Positions 45,715-55,000 of a stretch of 64,000 nt of DNA are shown piece after piece. Under the pieces are notes generated by a model. The model searched no databases, had not been told where the DNA came from, and saw only the letters and a list, made by a program, of their open reading frames with translations. Made by a program: the position numbers and the translations under genes. The DNA lies in assembly GCA_049305795.1 (NCBI GenBank), contig JBAQPM010000002.1:20316-84315 (forward strand). Direction: 5' to 3'. The DNA is from Minisyncoccia bacterium (GTDB lineage Bacteria > Patescibacteriota > Minisyncoccia > Phycocordibacterales > Phycocordibacteraceae). The first letter of the stretch is position 1. Each line of letters begins with the position of its first letter.

Positions 45715-47460
45715 CTAACTTGCTGGTGCAGCTCCGCCACTGTCCTGTCTCATCCTCATTGCGCCCGCTCCTTGTCCGCCTCCAGGCGGCACACCTCCCT
45801 CAGGTGGAGCAAATCCACCCTGAGCTTCTTCGGTAGCGCTTCCGCTATCAGTCAAGGAGGAAGTTACGATGATATCGCCCTCGGACAATCCGCTCACAAT
45901 CTCGACATAGTACTGGCCGACAATGCCCAACTGAACCTCTACGTCGTAGGTTGTTACAGTAGTGCCCTCAGTCCGCACTATGCCCATTTGCGACGCCTGT
46001 TCCTGCTGTTCTTCGGTAAGCTGGTCGACTACCGTTACCTTTGGAATGCCTTGGACGTATTTGACCGCAGATGTCGGCACGCGAAGCGCATCGGGTTTTT
46101 CCTCCTCAACAACTTCTATGTCGGCCAGCATCCCTTCCCGCAGTACGAGTTTGGCTGTCGTGCGATCGTAATCAAGCAATGCCTGTACTTCATACTGAGC
46201 CACGCCTTCCGAATTGGGCAATGAACTTATTTGAGTTATCGTTGCCTCAAAGACGGGCTGCTCCGAGAAAGACGTGACGGTGACTTTGACTTTTTGTCCT
46301 ACCACTACCTTGCTCACGTCAACTGCTCCGAGCGAGAACGTAGTGAGGAATTCGTCAGAGATAAGGGTTCCGAGATTAATGCTATCCTCAGTGCCGCCAG
46401 TAGGAGTTGCACCGGCCACTACGTTTTCCATGCCCTCGACTGTTCCTGCAAAAGGAGCAACAATATCCCTTTCTTGAACAATGTCATAGTTTTCTGATAA
46501 GCGCTGCTTCGCTTCGGCAAGACTTGCTTCCGCTTTCTCTACGTTAAAATCACGGTATGCGTTGCTGTCAGTCTGCTGCAGATCCTCAAGGTCTTGCTCG
46601 GCATTTTCCAAGTTTACTTTTGCGTCACGAACAGTCTTTTCATAATTGCTTTTAGATTCCTCATACGTCGCTATGCTGGTATTTGGCACAGATACAACCC
46701 AGCTGTCCCCACTGTGCATGGTATCGTCCATGCTACTTGGAAAGGTAATCTTAAGACCACGAGTTCCTATGTTGGTCGCTGCTCCAAAAACTACGGAACT
46801 GGTATCTTTTTCCAATCCGGAGATCCTATATGAATATCCTGAGTCCGCTTCTGAAAGGTATATGGTGATGACATACTCACCCTCTACATTGCTCACGTAT
46901 CGGCCGGATATTGAGGGCTGGTTAGATAAACGCTGATCCTGATTGGAGCTTGCTTTTGCTTCCAGATTTTCATTCAAAAAATCAGTATAGGCATCATCAA
47001 TCGCTTTTTTGTAGCCAGCGACTTGATTTTCCGCAGTTCGGATTTTCGTACTCGGATCATCGGCATTCTCCCGTTCGTTTTCCAAGGCCAGTTCCGCCTC
47101 CAGCACCGATACGCGCGAGGACTGAATATCCACGTTGACGTCGCTCTTATCAAAGGAAATGAGAACATCGTCTGCTTCTACGTGGCTGCCGTTCACTACA
47201 TTCACCGTGTCTATTCGGCTCAACTGTTTGTAGACATCGATATCGAGCCTTTGCTCCGCGATGATGTCGCCGGTAGTTTGAATTCCAGATGTCACCTCAC
47301 CGCGCTCGACAGCATCAACCACATAGAATGATGTTGTCGCGGCGGTGTCGGACTGCAGACCAAAGTAAAGCGACACTCCTCCAACCAGGAGCACGGTCGC
47401 AAGGATATACCATTTGAACTTGGCCAGCTTGGCTATTTTTTGTTGTAGGAAGGTTTTCAT
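45715..47460 (-). CDS. Periplasmic adaptor (membrane-fusion, HlyD/MacA-like), extended 581-aa form with Gly-rich tail
   Basis: N-terminal TM anchor, long coiled-coil (ELALENERENA..., EQDLEDLQQTD), beta-barrel region; operon with MacB-like ABC genes. Confidence 0.6.
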   Translation of the reverse strand: MKTFLQQKIAKLAKFKWYILATVLLVGGVSLYFGLQSDTAATTSFYVVDAVERGEVTSGIQTTGDIIAEQRLDIDVYKQLSRIDTVNVVNGSHVEADDVLISFDKSDVNVDIQSSRVSVLEAELALENERENADDPSTKIRTAENQVAGYKKAIDDAYTDFLNENLEAKASSNQDQRLSNQPSISGRYVSNVEGEYVITIYLSEADSGYSYRISGLEKDTSSVVFGAATNIGTRGLKITFPSSMDDTMHSGDSWVVSVPNTSIATYEESKSNYEKTVRDAKVNLENAEQDLEDLQQTDSNAYRDFNVEKAEASLAEAKQRLSENYDIVQERDIVAPFAGTVEGMENVVAGATPTGGTEDSINLGTLISDEFLTTFSLGAVDVSKVVVGQKVKVTVTSFSEQPVFEATITQISSLPNSEGVAQYEVQALLDYDRTTAKLVLREGMLADIEVVEEEKPDALRVPTSAVKYVQGIPKVTVVDQLTEEQQEQASQMGIVRTEGTTVTTYDVEVQLGIVGQYYVEIVSGLSEGDIIVTSSLTDSGSATEEAQGGFAPPEGGVPPGGGQGAGAMRMRQDSGGAAPAS

Positions 47461-48170
47461 AAATTATTGATTGTCCGATGCGCCATCAGTTGGTAAATAC
47501 CCGAACCGGCACCATCAAAACTACGATTGCGATGAACATGAGCGTGACGGGTAGATAACCCGGGTTAGATATCGTATTGAAAAGAATATGCTTGCAACAG
47601 AAGCAGGGGCTGTGACAAAAGAAACAACCGGGCAATTCCTTGCTCGGCGCACCTCCTCCTTCGCTATACGCATGAGGATGCTTTTCTCAGGTCTTTTGAT
47701 AGCTCGAATCTGTCCATATGGTATATACGGAAAAAGTCTGTTTTTTGGTGCATTCCGACCAGGAACCGCAAAATAAGCTAAGCTGGATTTGCTTAGGTCA
47801 CTCCTTGCAAGGCCAGCCATGGCTCTTCGATACTGATTCGTTTGCGGGTCGCACTGATTGTGGGTTTTGCACAACATCTCGCAATTCTTCGCTGAAGTAG
47901 CACCACCCCTCCCGCTATCGAGTATATTTCATATGTAGTGTACCCAGGTTAAACACCCCAAATGAGGAACCATAAGGGTATTCTAGCGCGGTCAAGGTAA
48001 TGTTGTGTATGGGTTAAAATAGGGATGTTATTCTTGAATTGCAATATTGAAGTCGGAACTGATATTGACGAACTCAAAAATTTACTCCAGCCGTCGCTTT
48101 CAATGTGGGTTATGCGGGAGGAGATTTGTTAGAAAATATTTATAAATTGTTTTGAATAAATTGTCATTGT

Positions 48171-50249
48171 ATGAAGTATCTGCTAAATAAAACATCCTGC
48201 CTTGTCGTATTTTTAGCTCTCGGCTTTTTGTTTCCCTTGGCATTTGTACGCGCCGAAGCTGCTGATGTTGCTCCTCACAACATGACTTCGAACACCTTGC
48301 CAGTTCCTTATGTAGCTTCAGCCAACTGTGAATACCGTGCGACTTATACTGCATGGAAGGCATTTGACGGGGTTGTTTCATCAGATACTGGTAGGTGGTT
48401 GTGTGGAATTATCCCAGGATGGCTTAAAATTGATTTGGGTTCGGGAAACAGAACAATCGTAAACTATTATGTTGTAAAAGGACCAGATGGGGGACACCTT
48501 ACTTATGCGCCAAAAAGTTGGACACTGGATGGTTCAAACGACAATAGCACATGGAATACGGTCGACACTGTTACCAACCAAAAACGCTGGTCTGCATATG
48601 AAAGTCGGACGTTTACTTCTGATGTTGCTACTACTGCTTACAGATATTACCGATTGAGCATTTCTCAATCAAATAATGCTACGTATGAATCTATAACCGA
48701 GCTTTATTTGTATCGTCAGGAACCAACTACTACTACCGCTTATACGCTTACCGGTCCTGTTGGAGGTACAAATAGAATTGCTAGCAGAAATTTTACAATA
48801 ACTCCCAATGGGGTTTTTACAGGAACCATAACTCCAAGCGACAGTGGCGCTGGGGGCACATTTACCCCAGATAGTTTGACATGGAGCGCCAGTAAAGCGT
48901 CTAAAACATTTACATATACTCCAGCAAGTACTGCTGCTAAAACTATTTCGACGACCAATGATGGTGGTCTCACTAATCCTTCTAGCCTAACCTATTACTC
49001 AACCACGCCATATACAATCTTGCCCACAGATTTATGGGACAACGCTTATTCAACCAATGAAACAAATTATTACCTGTCCAGTGCGATGGCAAGATTGATA
49101 GTCCAAACAAATGCAGTTGGATTAAAGTTTACAGTTTGGAGTACAGGAGTAGGGATTAGCAATCCGAAAGTGATTGTGCTGGTCGACGGTGTGCCGACGG
49201 TATACACTCCCGTTGCCAACGGGGAAAGTGTTTTTTATGTTGATGGCCTTCCAGCCGGGACAAAGACTGTACAAATTATATCCGGTCTACAAGACTTTTT
49301 ACGGCGCGGCACTTTTCTTAAAACAGTCGAATGGTTCGGTCCCAGCACGACCATTACGCCACCTGCCACAACTAATCGCATAACATTTTACGGCGATTCA
49401 ACTACCGTTGGCTGGAGCACGACAAATCCGCCAACAGAAGCCCCTGCGAGTGTTGTCCGAGCTCATTTTAATCAAACCCGATCTACGCTTTTGGAAGCAT
49501 GGGGAGGGCGCGCCTTGTATCATGATTCTACGGGAACAACTGTAAAGCAGTCACTTATTGATAATCTTGTATTAGGTAATCCATCTCATATTTGGTTAGG
49601 AATCGGCGTCAATGATTATAAGGCCGGTGGAGACTGGAGCGCTGAGGATTTTGGCACGGTGTATGGAGATTTATTGGACAGATTGCATGCCGCTCTTCCG
49701 AACACAAAAATTATTGCTCAAACGCCGATTCCTTATACCTTAGAATCGTATGTAAATGATTACGGAGATTCTCGCTCAGATTATGCCAATCAAATTATGA
49801 CCTTGGCAGCATCGCGATCTTGGGTGACGGGAGTAGATGGAACAACTGTTATGGCAAGTTATTCTGAAAATGGCGCACATCCTAATACTGCCGAAAGCGC
49901 CCAATGGGCGACGACGATGGAGCCTTATTTAGAATTGAGCACCGACGCCACCCTCTCTAATCTTGCTATCAGCTCGGGTATCTTAACACCAACTTTTGAT
50001 TCAGAAACTACAAGCTATACAGTCAATGTCGCCAATACTGTCGATTCAATCATAGTGACCCCGACAGCTAATGACGTCAGTACCATCGTCACAGTCAATG
50101 GAACGACTACAGGTTCGGACTCTGCCTCAGATCCGATTTCTCTAGACGTAGGAGAAAACGCGATTACCATCGAAGCTACCGCCCAGGACGGAGAAACGGT
50201 AGAAGACTACACAGTCACAGTAACGAGGCTATTGGCATGCACGTTATAG
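48171..50249 (+). CDS. Secreted multidomain protein: signal peptide, F5/8 type C (discoidin) lectin-like domain, SGNH/GDSL hydrolase domain, C-terminal cadherin-like beta-sandwich
   Basis: Signal LVVFLALGFLFPLAFVRA; discoidin-like W..G.WL...WLKIDLG...WTLDGSNDNSTW; GDS motif in ITFYGDSTTVGW and GVNDY block; C-terminal LSNLAISSGILTPTFDSETTSYTVNV. Confidence 0.55.
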   Translation: MKYLLNKTSCLVVFLALGFLFPLAFVRAEAADVAPHNMTSNTLPVPYVASANCEYRATYTAWKAFDGVVSSDTGRWLCGIIPGWLKIDLGSGNRTIVNYYVVKGPDGGHLTYAPKSWTLDGSNDNSTWNTVDTVTNQKRWSAYESRTFTSDVATTAYRYYRLSISQSNNATYESITELYLYRQEPTTTTAYTLTGPVGGTNRIASRNFTITPNGVFTGTITPSDSGAGGTFTPDSLTWSASKASKTFTYTPASTAAKTISTTNDGGLTNPSSLTYYSTTPYTILPTDLWDNAYSTNETNYYLSSAMARLIVQTNAVGLKFTVWSTGVGISNPKVIVLVDGVPTVYTPVANGESVFYVDGLPAGTKTVQIISGLQDFLRRGTFLKTVEWFGPSTTITPPATTNRITFYGDSTTVGWSTTNPPTEAPASVVRAHFNQTRSTLLEAWGGRALYHDSTGTTVKQSLIDNLVLGNPSHIWLGIGVNDYKAGGDWSAEDFGTVYGDLLDRLHAALPNTKIIAQTPIPYTLESYVNDYGDSRSDYANQIMTLAASRSWVTGVDGTTVMASYSENGAHPNTAESAQWATTMEPYLELSTDATLSNLAISSGILTPTFDSETTSYTVNVANTVDSIIVTPTANDVSTIVTVNGTTTGSDSASDPISLDVGENAITIEATAQDGETVEDYTVTVTRLLACTL

Positions 50250-50422
50250 GGCCTCAGTAGCGGTCGAGAACTTGCTAGCGCCAAGAGTAAAAGTTCTACT
50301 TTCAAGCGGGTAAACAGCCAACAAAAAGATTCAAATCGTCGAAAACGGCAGGCTAAAATGAGGCACTTGGGTCGCCCTGTGGCCTCAGGAATTTAAGACA
50401 CACCGATAAAAGATATCAAGGG

Positions 50423-50509
50423 CGGAGACGGAGGGATTCGAACCCTCGAGGGCGGTAAAGCCCTGCCTCGTTAGCAGTGAGGTACTTTCGACCACTCAGC
50501 CACGTCTCC
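50423..50509 (-). tRNA. tRNA-Ser (anticodon GCU), class II with long variable arm
   Basis: Minus-strand GGAGACGTGGCTGAGTGGTCGAA...anticodon loop CTGCTAA...GAGGGTTCGAATCCCTC-CGTCTCC-G; identical anticodon loop to E. coli tRNA-Ser(GCU). Confidence 0.8.
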
Positions 50510-50561
50510 TTTGTGAGGATACGAGGACATTCCTCGTATCCAATTTCCCTAAATTAGCACA

Positions 50562-50592
50562 ACGAGCGAGCGGCTGAAAGCCGCTCGCTCGT
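50562..50592 (-). terminator. Terminator hairpin after the DoxX-like gene
   Basis: ACGAGCGAGCGGC-TGAAA-GCCGCTCGCTCGT perfect 13-bp stem. Confidence 0.5.
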
Positions 50593-50607
50593 TTGGTATG
50601 CGCCCGC

Positions 50608-50973
50608 TTACATAACTATTTTCTTTTGGCAGTGCGTCGCTGCAAGGGCAAAGGCAAGTGCGGCAATGGAAAGGTCGCGGAAGAGCACTTCAAATTGCGA
50701 TGGATTCGTCGCCACAATAAAAACCAATATAAGCCCGCAAATTATTGAGGGAACAGCAATCTTTCGACCTGAAAGAATCCAAAGTGCAAGAATGATTTCA
50801 AGCGCACCAAAGAGATGAAGCAGGGAGACGTCAGTAAACGGCCACAAGTCGAGTGTCCATGATGGTATGTAGCCAAGCCAGGTGAAGGGGTCAGACCACG
50901 CAGCAACGGGAGGATAGAGAAACGAAAGGGCAAGTCCAGCTCGCAATAGGAAGTCGCCAGCTTTTTCTTTCAT
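50608..50973 (-). CDS. DoxX-like small integral membrane protein
   Basis: Four hydrophobic segments, about 120 aa; weak family assignment. Confidence 0.35.
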   Translation of the reverse strand: MKEKAGDFLLRAGLALSFLYPPVAAWSDPFTWLGYIPSWTLDLWPFTDVSLLHLFGALEIILALWILSGRKIAVPSIICGLILVFIVATNPSQFEVLFRDLSIAALAFALAATHCQKKIVM

Positions 50974-50976
50974 ACG

Positions 50977-51492
50977 CTACTGTACGATAACCATTCCCGC
51001 GTCTTCGGCACCGGTATGGTTGTGGTAACCCCACGACCCTGTTTGTTGAAACGTGAAGGTGTATGAATCGCCTACGCCGCATTGGTCGAAGGCTGTGCCG
51101 GTCGTGTCAGGACAATGTGCTTTGCGTTCGGTGCCAGCGTATTTCGTGTGTGCAGGGTGATCGTCAGAACCAATCCACATGGAGTGTCCGCTTTTATTCA
51201 CAAAGATAACACTCTGTCCTTTTTTGATGGTAACGGTTTTTGGTGAAAAGCCGGTGCTGGTGTAGGTGACGATTGTGGGTGTTCCAACCGAAACACCAAC
51301 GCCAACCGAAGCTCCGGTCCCTGTTGTAGAAGAATCAGAAGAGGGGATGCTTGAAACTGTGGTGTTGGTGGTGGTCGCCGCCATTCCCGAAGTTTCTGTG
51401 TCAGGTGCTTGCGCCGGGCGCGAGAAAAAAGCATATGCGCCAAATCCAACGATAAGAACGGTAACGATTCCAACAATATAGTTTGTGTTCAT
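50977..51492 (-). CDS. Membrane-anchored cupredoxin-like (plastocyanin/EfeO-type) domain protein
   Basis: TM anchor, Ser/Thr-rich linker, then KTVTIKKGQSVIFVNKSGHSMW...C...H...M pattern compatible with type-1 copper site; tentative. Confidence 0.4.
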   Translation of the reverse strand: MNTNYIVGIVTVLIVGFGAYAFFSRPAQAPDTETSGMAATTTNTTVSSIPSSDSSTTGTGASVGVGVSVGTPTIVTYTSTGFSPKTVTIKKGQSVIFVNKSGHSMWIGSDDHPAHTKYAGTERKAHCPDTTGTAFDQCGVGDSYTFTFQQTGSWGYHNHTGAEDAGMVIVQ

Positions 51493-51553
51493 ACTCTATA
51501 TATATGATAAAGCGAGCTGCCAATAACGAACGTATGGTACCACTTGGTGGATT

Positions 51554-52180
51554 CTAATGGGCTAGACTGAGTGGCAGGATGTGCTTTGCGCCTGCTTTTG
51601 TAAGCGTATCTATCGCCGACTGCATGGTGGCGCCTGTTGTGATTACGTCGTCAAAAAGAATATACGTGGCCAGTGGATCAAGCGTTCCCTGGACAGCAAA
51701 AGCGTCTTCCAGGTTATGTTTTCGCAGCGTTTGTGAAAGCCGGGTCTGGTGTTCCGTATCTTTTATGCGTCTCAACACATTTGCGGCAAGTGTGATGGTT
51801 CCTTTCGGAAAGGTCGCAAGCGCGCGGGTTGCCACCACCTCGCACTGATTAAAACCGCGTTCTCGTTTCCTTGCAGATGAAAGCGGCATTGGTATCAGCA
51901 CGGCATGTTCATACAAATCGGTAGCAATTTCTGTGAGATATTCTGAAAGCACTGCCGCAAGAAGCATGTGCGCCCGCGCGTTTTCGTGATATTTGGCTTC
52001 GTGAATAAGGGCACGGATCGTTTTGTCCCGAAAGGGAAGAGGTGCAATGGTCGGAGGATTCGTTACTTCGACAAGCATCGGCGATAAAAGTGCGACAACA
52101 TCTTTTTCATCAGCTTCGCGTTCTATGCGTTTGTCGCCGCGGGGCGGAAATAGTGCGTCAATGATGTAGGAAAAGAACAT
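51554..52180 (-). CDS. comF: ComF family protein (phosphoribosyltransferase-like, competence)
   Basis: C-terminal PRTase signature YILFDDVITTGATMQSAIDTL. Confidence 0.75.
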   Translation of the reverse strand: MFFSYIIDALFPPRGDKRIEREADEKDVVALLSPMLVEVTNPPTIAPLPFRDKTIRALIHEAKYHENARAHMLLAAVLSEYLTEIATDLYEHAVLIPMPLSSARKRERGFNQCEVVATRALATFPKGTITLAANVLRRIKDTEHQTRLSQTLRKHNLEDAFAVQGTLDPLATYILFDDVITTGATMQSAIDTLTKAGAKHILPLSLAH

Positions 52181-52191
52181 GATGTGCGTCA

Positions 52192-53301
52192 GTGTATCGT
52201 ATAATCATCCCTATGGGTTTCCTTGATACTTTGCTCGGCCAGAGAAAGAAAAACACCAGTGTGCTTGGTGTTGATATCGGATCATCTTCGCTTAAAGTAG
52301 TGCAGCTGCGCAAAGAGGGCGGTCGAGCCATTCTCGAACAATATGGCGAACTTGCCCTTGGTCCCTACGGGGGAGCCGAAGTGGGGCAGGCAACAAATCT
52401 TTCTGCGGATCTCATTGCCGAAACGCTTGTTGATTTGATGCGAGAAGCAAATATAACGACAAACGACAGCGGCGTTTCCATACCTTTTTCTCGAACCCTC
52501 ATCACTCTTGTTGAACTTCCTCGTCGGGATGATCCGGAGGAACAAAAAACCGTGATCGAACTTGAAGCTCGAAAATATATTCCAGTTCCAGTGAGTGAAG
52601 TCCAGCTCGATTGGTTTATTGTCCCCGAACCCACTCCAGAGGGCGCGCAGTTGCCTTCGAAAATCAAGGTCCTGTTAGTCGCCGTGCATAATGACGAACT
52701 TTCCCTTCTCGGGGGAGTGATACGGAATGCGAACTTGGCAGCAACCTTCTATGAAATAGAAATCTTCAGCACCATTCGCTCGGTGGTTGATGAACCAATA
52801 AAGCCGGTGTTGGTGCTTGATATCGGCGCATCGGCGACAAAGGCATATGTGGTTGAGCATGGCGTGGTCGCGCTTTCCCACAACATTACCCAAGGCGGGC
52901 AAGATGTAACGCGCACTATCGCAAGCGCACACGGACTTTCTATAGAGAAAGCCGAATCTCTAAAGAAAGAACATGGGTTTGATGTGTCTCAAAATAACGG
53001 CTACGATCGTAAAACCATCGAGCTTATCTTTTCGCGCATTTTCGATGAGGCGCGTCGCGTGCTTACGCAATATGAAACAGCGAACCAAAAGGCCATTTCA
53101 AAGATTGTTCTTACGGGAGGTGGGGGAGTGACAAAAGAACTCGCGGAATTTGCAAGCTCATTTTTTGCCGTTGAGGTGCATCTTGCTGATCCATTCGGAA
53201 AAACGGAAGCACCTGAATTTATTCGTCCCGTACTTGAACAAATTGGTCCAGAGTTTGCCGTTGCCGTCGGACTTGCACTGCGCAAGCTTGAAGAAGAGTA
53301 G
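52192..53301 (+). CDS. pilM: Type IV pilus assembly protein PilM
   Basis: Actin-like ATPase fold motifs VLGVDIGSSSLKVV and VLVLDIGASATKAYV. Confidence 0.85.
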   Translation: MYRIIIPMGFLDTLLGQRKKNTSVLGVDIGSSSLKVVQLRKEGGRAILEQYGELALGPYGGAEVGQATNLSADLIAETLVDLMREANITTNDSGVSIPFSRTLITLVELPRRDDPEEQKTVIELEARKYIPVPVSEVQLDWFIVPEPTPEGAQLPSKIKVLLVAVHNDELSLLGGVIRNANLAATFYEIEIFSTIRSVVDEPIKPVLVLDIGASATKAYVVEHGVVALSHNITQGGQDVTRTIASAHGLSIEKAESLKKEHGFDVSQNNGYDRKTIELIFSRIFDEARRVLTQYETANQKAISKIVLTGGGGVTKELAEFASSFFAVEVHLADPFGKTEAPEFIRPVLEQIGPEFAVAVGLALRKLEEE

Positions 53302-53375
53302 CTCTCACACTCCAAAAGATTCTAGGGTGTGTATAAACACCCATTGTTTTAAAATTTATCCGTATACTAAACAAC

Positions 53376-54026
53376 GTGGCTGTACCTCCAAGCATTCCAA
53401 CTTCTTTTGTCCCGAAACAACCGGTCGAGATGCATCCGCGTCACACCGAAAGTAGCGGAAACATGTTTCTAGTCGTTTCGCTTATTGCGGCAGGCGTAGC
53501 CCTGCTTGCTTCTGCTGGCGTTTTTGCGTATGACCGCTACCTCTCGCAGGTGCGTGACCAGCGGGCAGCAGATCTTAAAACTGCCGAGCAGAGCGTAACC
53601 GAAGACACTGTCAATGGTTTCATTCGTCTGCGAGACCGTCTTGCTTCGTCTCAGATACTTCTCAATGACCATGTTCTCCTTTCGCAATTCTTTGACGTGC
53701 TGGAGTCTCTCACGCTCACGGGTGTCCGTTTTACTTCTCTTGACCTTACCACCAACTCTGACCATACCGCTGAGGTGAAGATGGTTGGTTTCGCAAAGAC
53801 ATTCAACGCCCTTGCCGCGCAATCAGCGAGCTTGGCTACGGACAAGCGCATCAAACAAGCTATCTTTTCTGACATAAGCGCCGATAAAAATGGTGTGGTT
53901 GGCTTTACGCTCACCGCCATACTTGATTCTCGCCTCGTAGAAATTTCGACTGCATTGCCTGCCACGTGGTCTCTTGAGACTGTTCCTGAGGATGCGGGAG
54001 AAGTTTCTTCACCAACAACACCATGA
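53376..54026 (+). CDS. pilN: PilN-like type IV pilus inner-membrane component
   Basis: Single TM helix then coiled-coil periplasmic domain; position after pilM. Confidence 0.55.
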   Translation: MAVPPSIPTSFVPKQPVEMHPRHTESSGNMFLVVSLIAAGVALLASAGVFAYDRYLSQVRDQRAADLKTAEQSVTEDTVNGFIRLRDRLASSQILLNDHVLLSQFFDVLESLTLTGVRFTSLDLTTNSDHTAEVKMVGFAKTFNALAAQSASLATDKRIKQAIFSDISADKNGVVGFTLTAILDSRLVEISTALPATWSLETVPEDAGEVSSPTTP

Positions 54027-54583
54027 GCCGCTTCATTATTCCATTCGCAGCGTTACTCATTGCCGTCGGCCTTTTCTTTGGCTATGTTCGTCCGACGTGG
54101 ACCCTGGATATCGCTGCTAAAAAAGTTGAAATTGCGAGCTATGACAGCGCGCTTGATGCTGCCGCCCGTTTTGCCGAAAAGCAGGCAGAACTTGAACAAA
54201 AGCGAAACGCAATTCCCCAAGAATCTCTCCAAAGACTTGATGCGTTTCTTCCAGACAGCGTAGACAATATTCAACTCATTCTTGACTTGAATGCGCTTGC
54301 TGCTCGCTCAGGCATCGAACTTTCAGATTTCGACACGGGAGCTATAAACAATGCGGAAGACCAGCAAAACACTGAAGAAGATCCAGACGCAAGGAACCAG
54401 CCGCTCGTGGATTCGCTCCAGCTTTCATTGAAAGCAGAGGGAACCTACGCAGCATTCCGATCGTTCATTGCCGGCATTGAGCAGAGTCTTCGCCCACTCG
54501 ATCTTGTTGCAGTCTCAGTATCCGATTCTGATACAGGGGTTTACGGCTACGATATCAAATTGAATTTTTACTGGCTTCACTAA
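54023..54583 (+). CDS. pilO: PilO-like type IV pilus component
   Basis: TM helix plus coiled coil; overlaps pilN by 4 nt. Confidence 0.55.
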   Translation: MSRFIIPFAALLIAVGLFFGYVRPTWTLDIAAKKVEIASYDSALDAAARFAEKQAELEQKRNAIPQESLQRLDAFLPDSVDNIQLILDLNALAARSGIELSDFDTGAINNAEDQQNTEEDPDARNQPLVDSLQLSLKAEGTYAAFRSFIAGIEQSLRPLDLVAVSVSDSDTGVYGYDIKLNFYWLH

Positions 54584-54589
54584 CAATGT

Positions 54590-54898
54590 ATGGACTTTAT
54601 TTCCAAAAATAGAAGTGTCGTCATAGGACTTGGGGCAATTGTTATTATTGCCGTAGGATATCTTCTTTTTTCTGGGAGCGCTGCTCCTGCCGCTGACTTG
54701 ACCATGAGCAACGAGGCCGCGTCTCCTGCAGAACTCTTTTTCGTAAACAAAGCTTCCGAGCTTGGTACTATTGAGTTTGATACTACTGTGCTCTCCGACC
54801 CACGATTCCTTGCACTCATCGACATGAAGACCGTAATTCTTCCAGAAACGGCTGGTCGTCCTGATCCATTTGCTCCTATCCCTGGCGTAAAGAAATAA
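54590..54898 (+). CDS. Small membrane-anchored pilus-associated hypothetical (PilP analogue?)
   Basis: TM helix then about 70-aa periplasmic segment; position only. Confidence 0.3.
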   Translation: MDFISKNRSVVIGLGAIVIIAVGYLLFSGSAAPAADLTMSNEAASPAELFFVNKASELGTIEFDTTVLSDPRFLALIDMKTVILPETAGRPDPFAPIPGVKK

Positions 54899-55000
54899 TC
54901 CCCCGTGCATGCGCACGTTTCGTGCGCCCTCGTGCGGTATGATGTACACATGAGCTTTGTTCCTTTGTGTATACAAGTGCCGTGCACTATTTCGTAGTAC

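Noticed and set aside
47521-47877. 118-aa minus-strand ORF in the 710-nt intergenic region
   Set aside because: No Shine-Dalgarno sequence, odd composition (Cys/Arg/Ser-rich), no motif; treated as non-coding.
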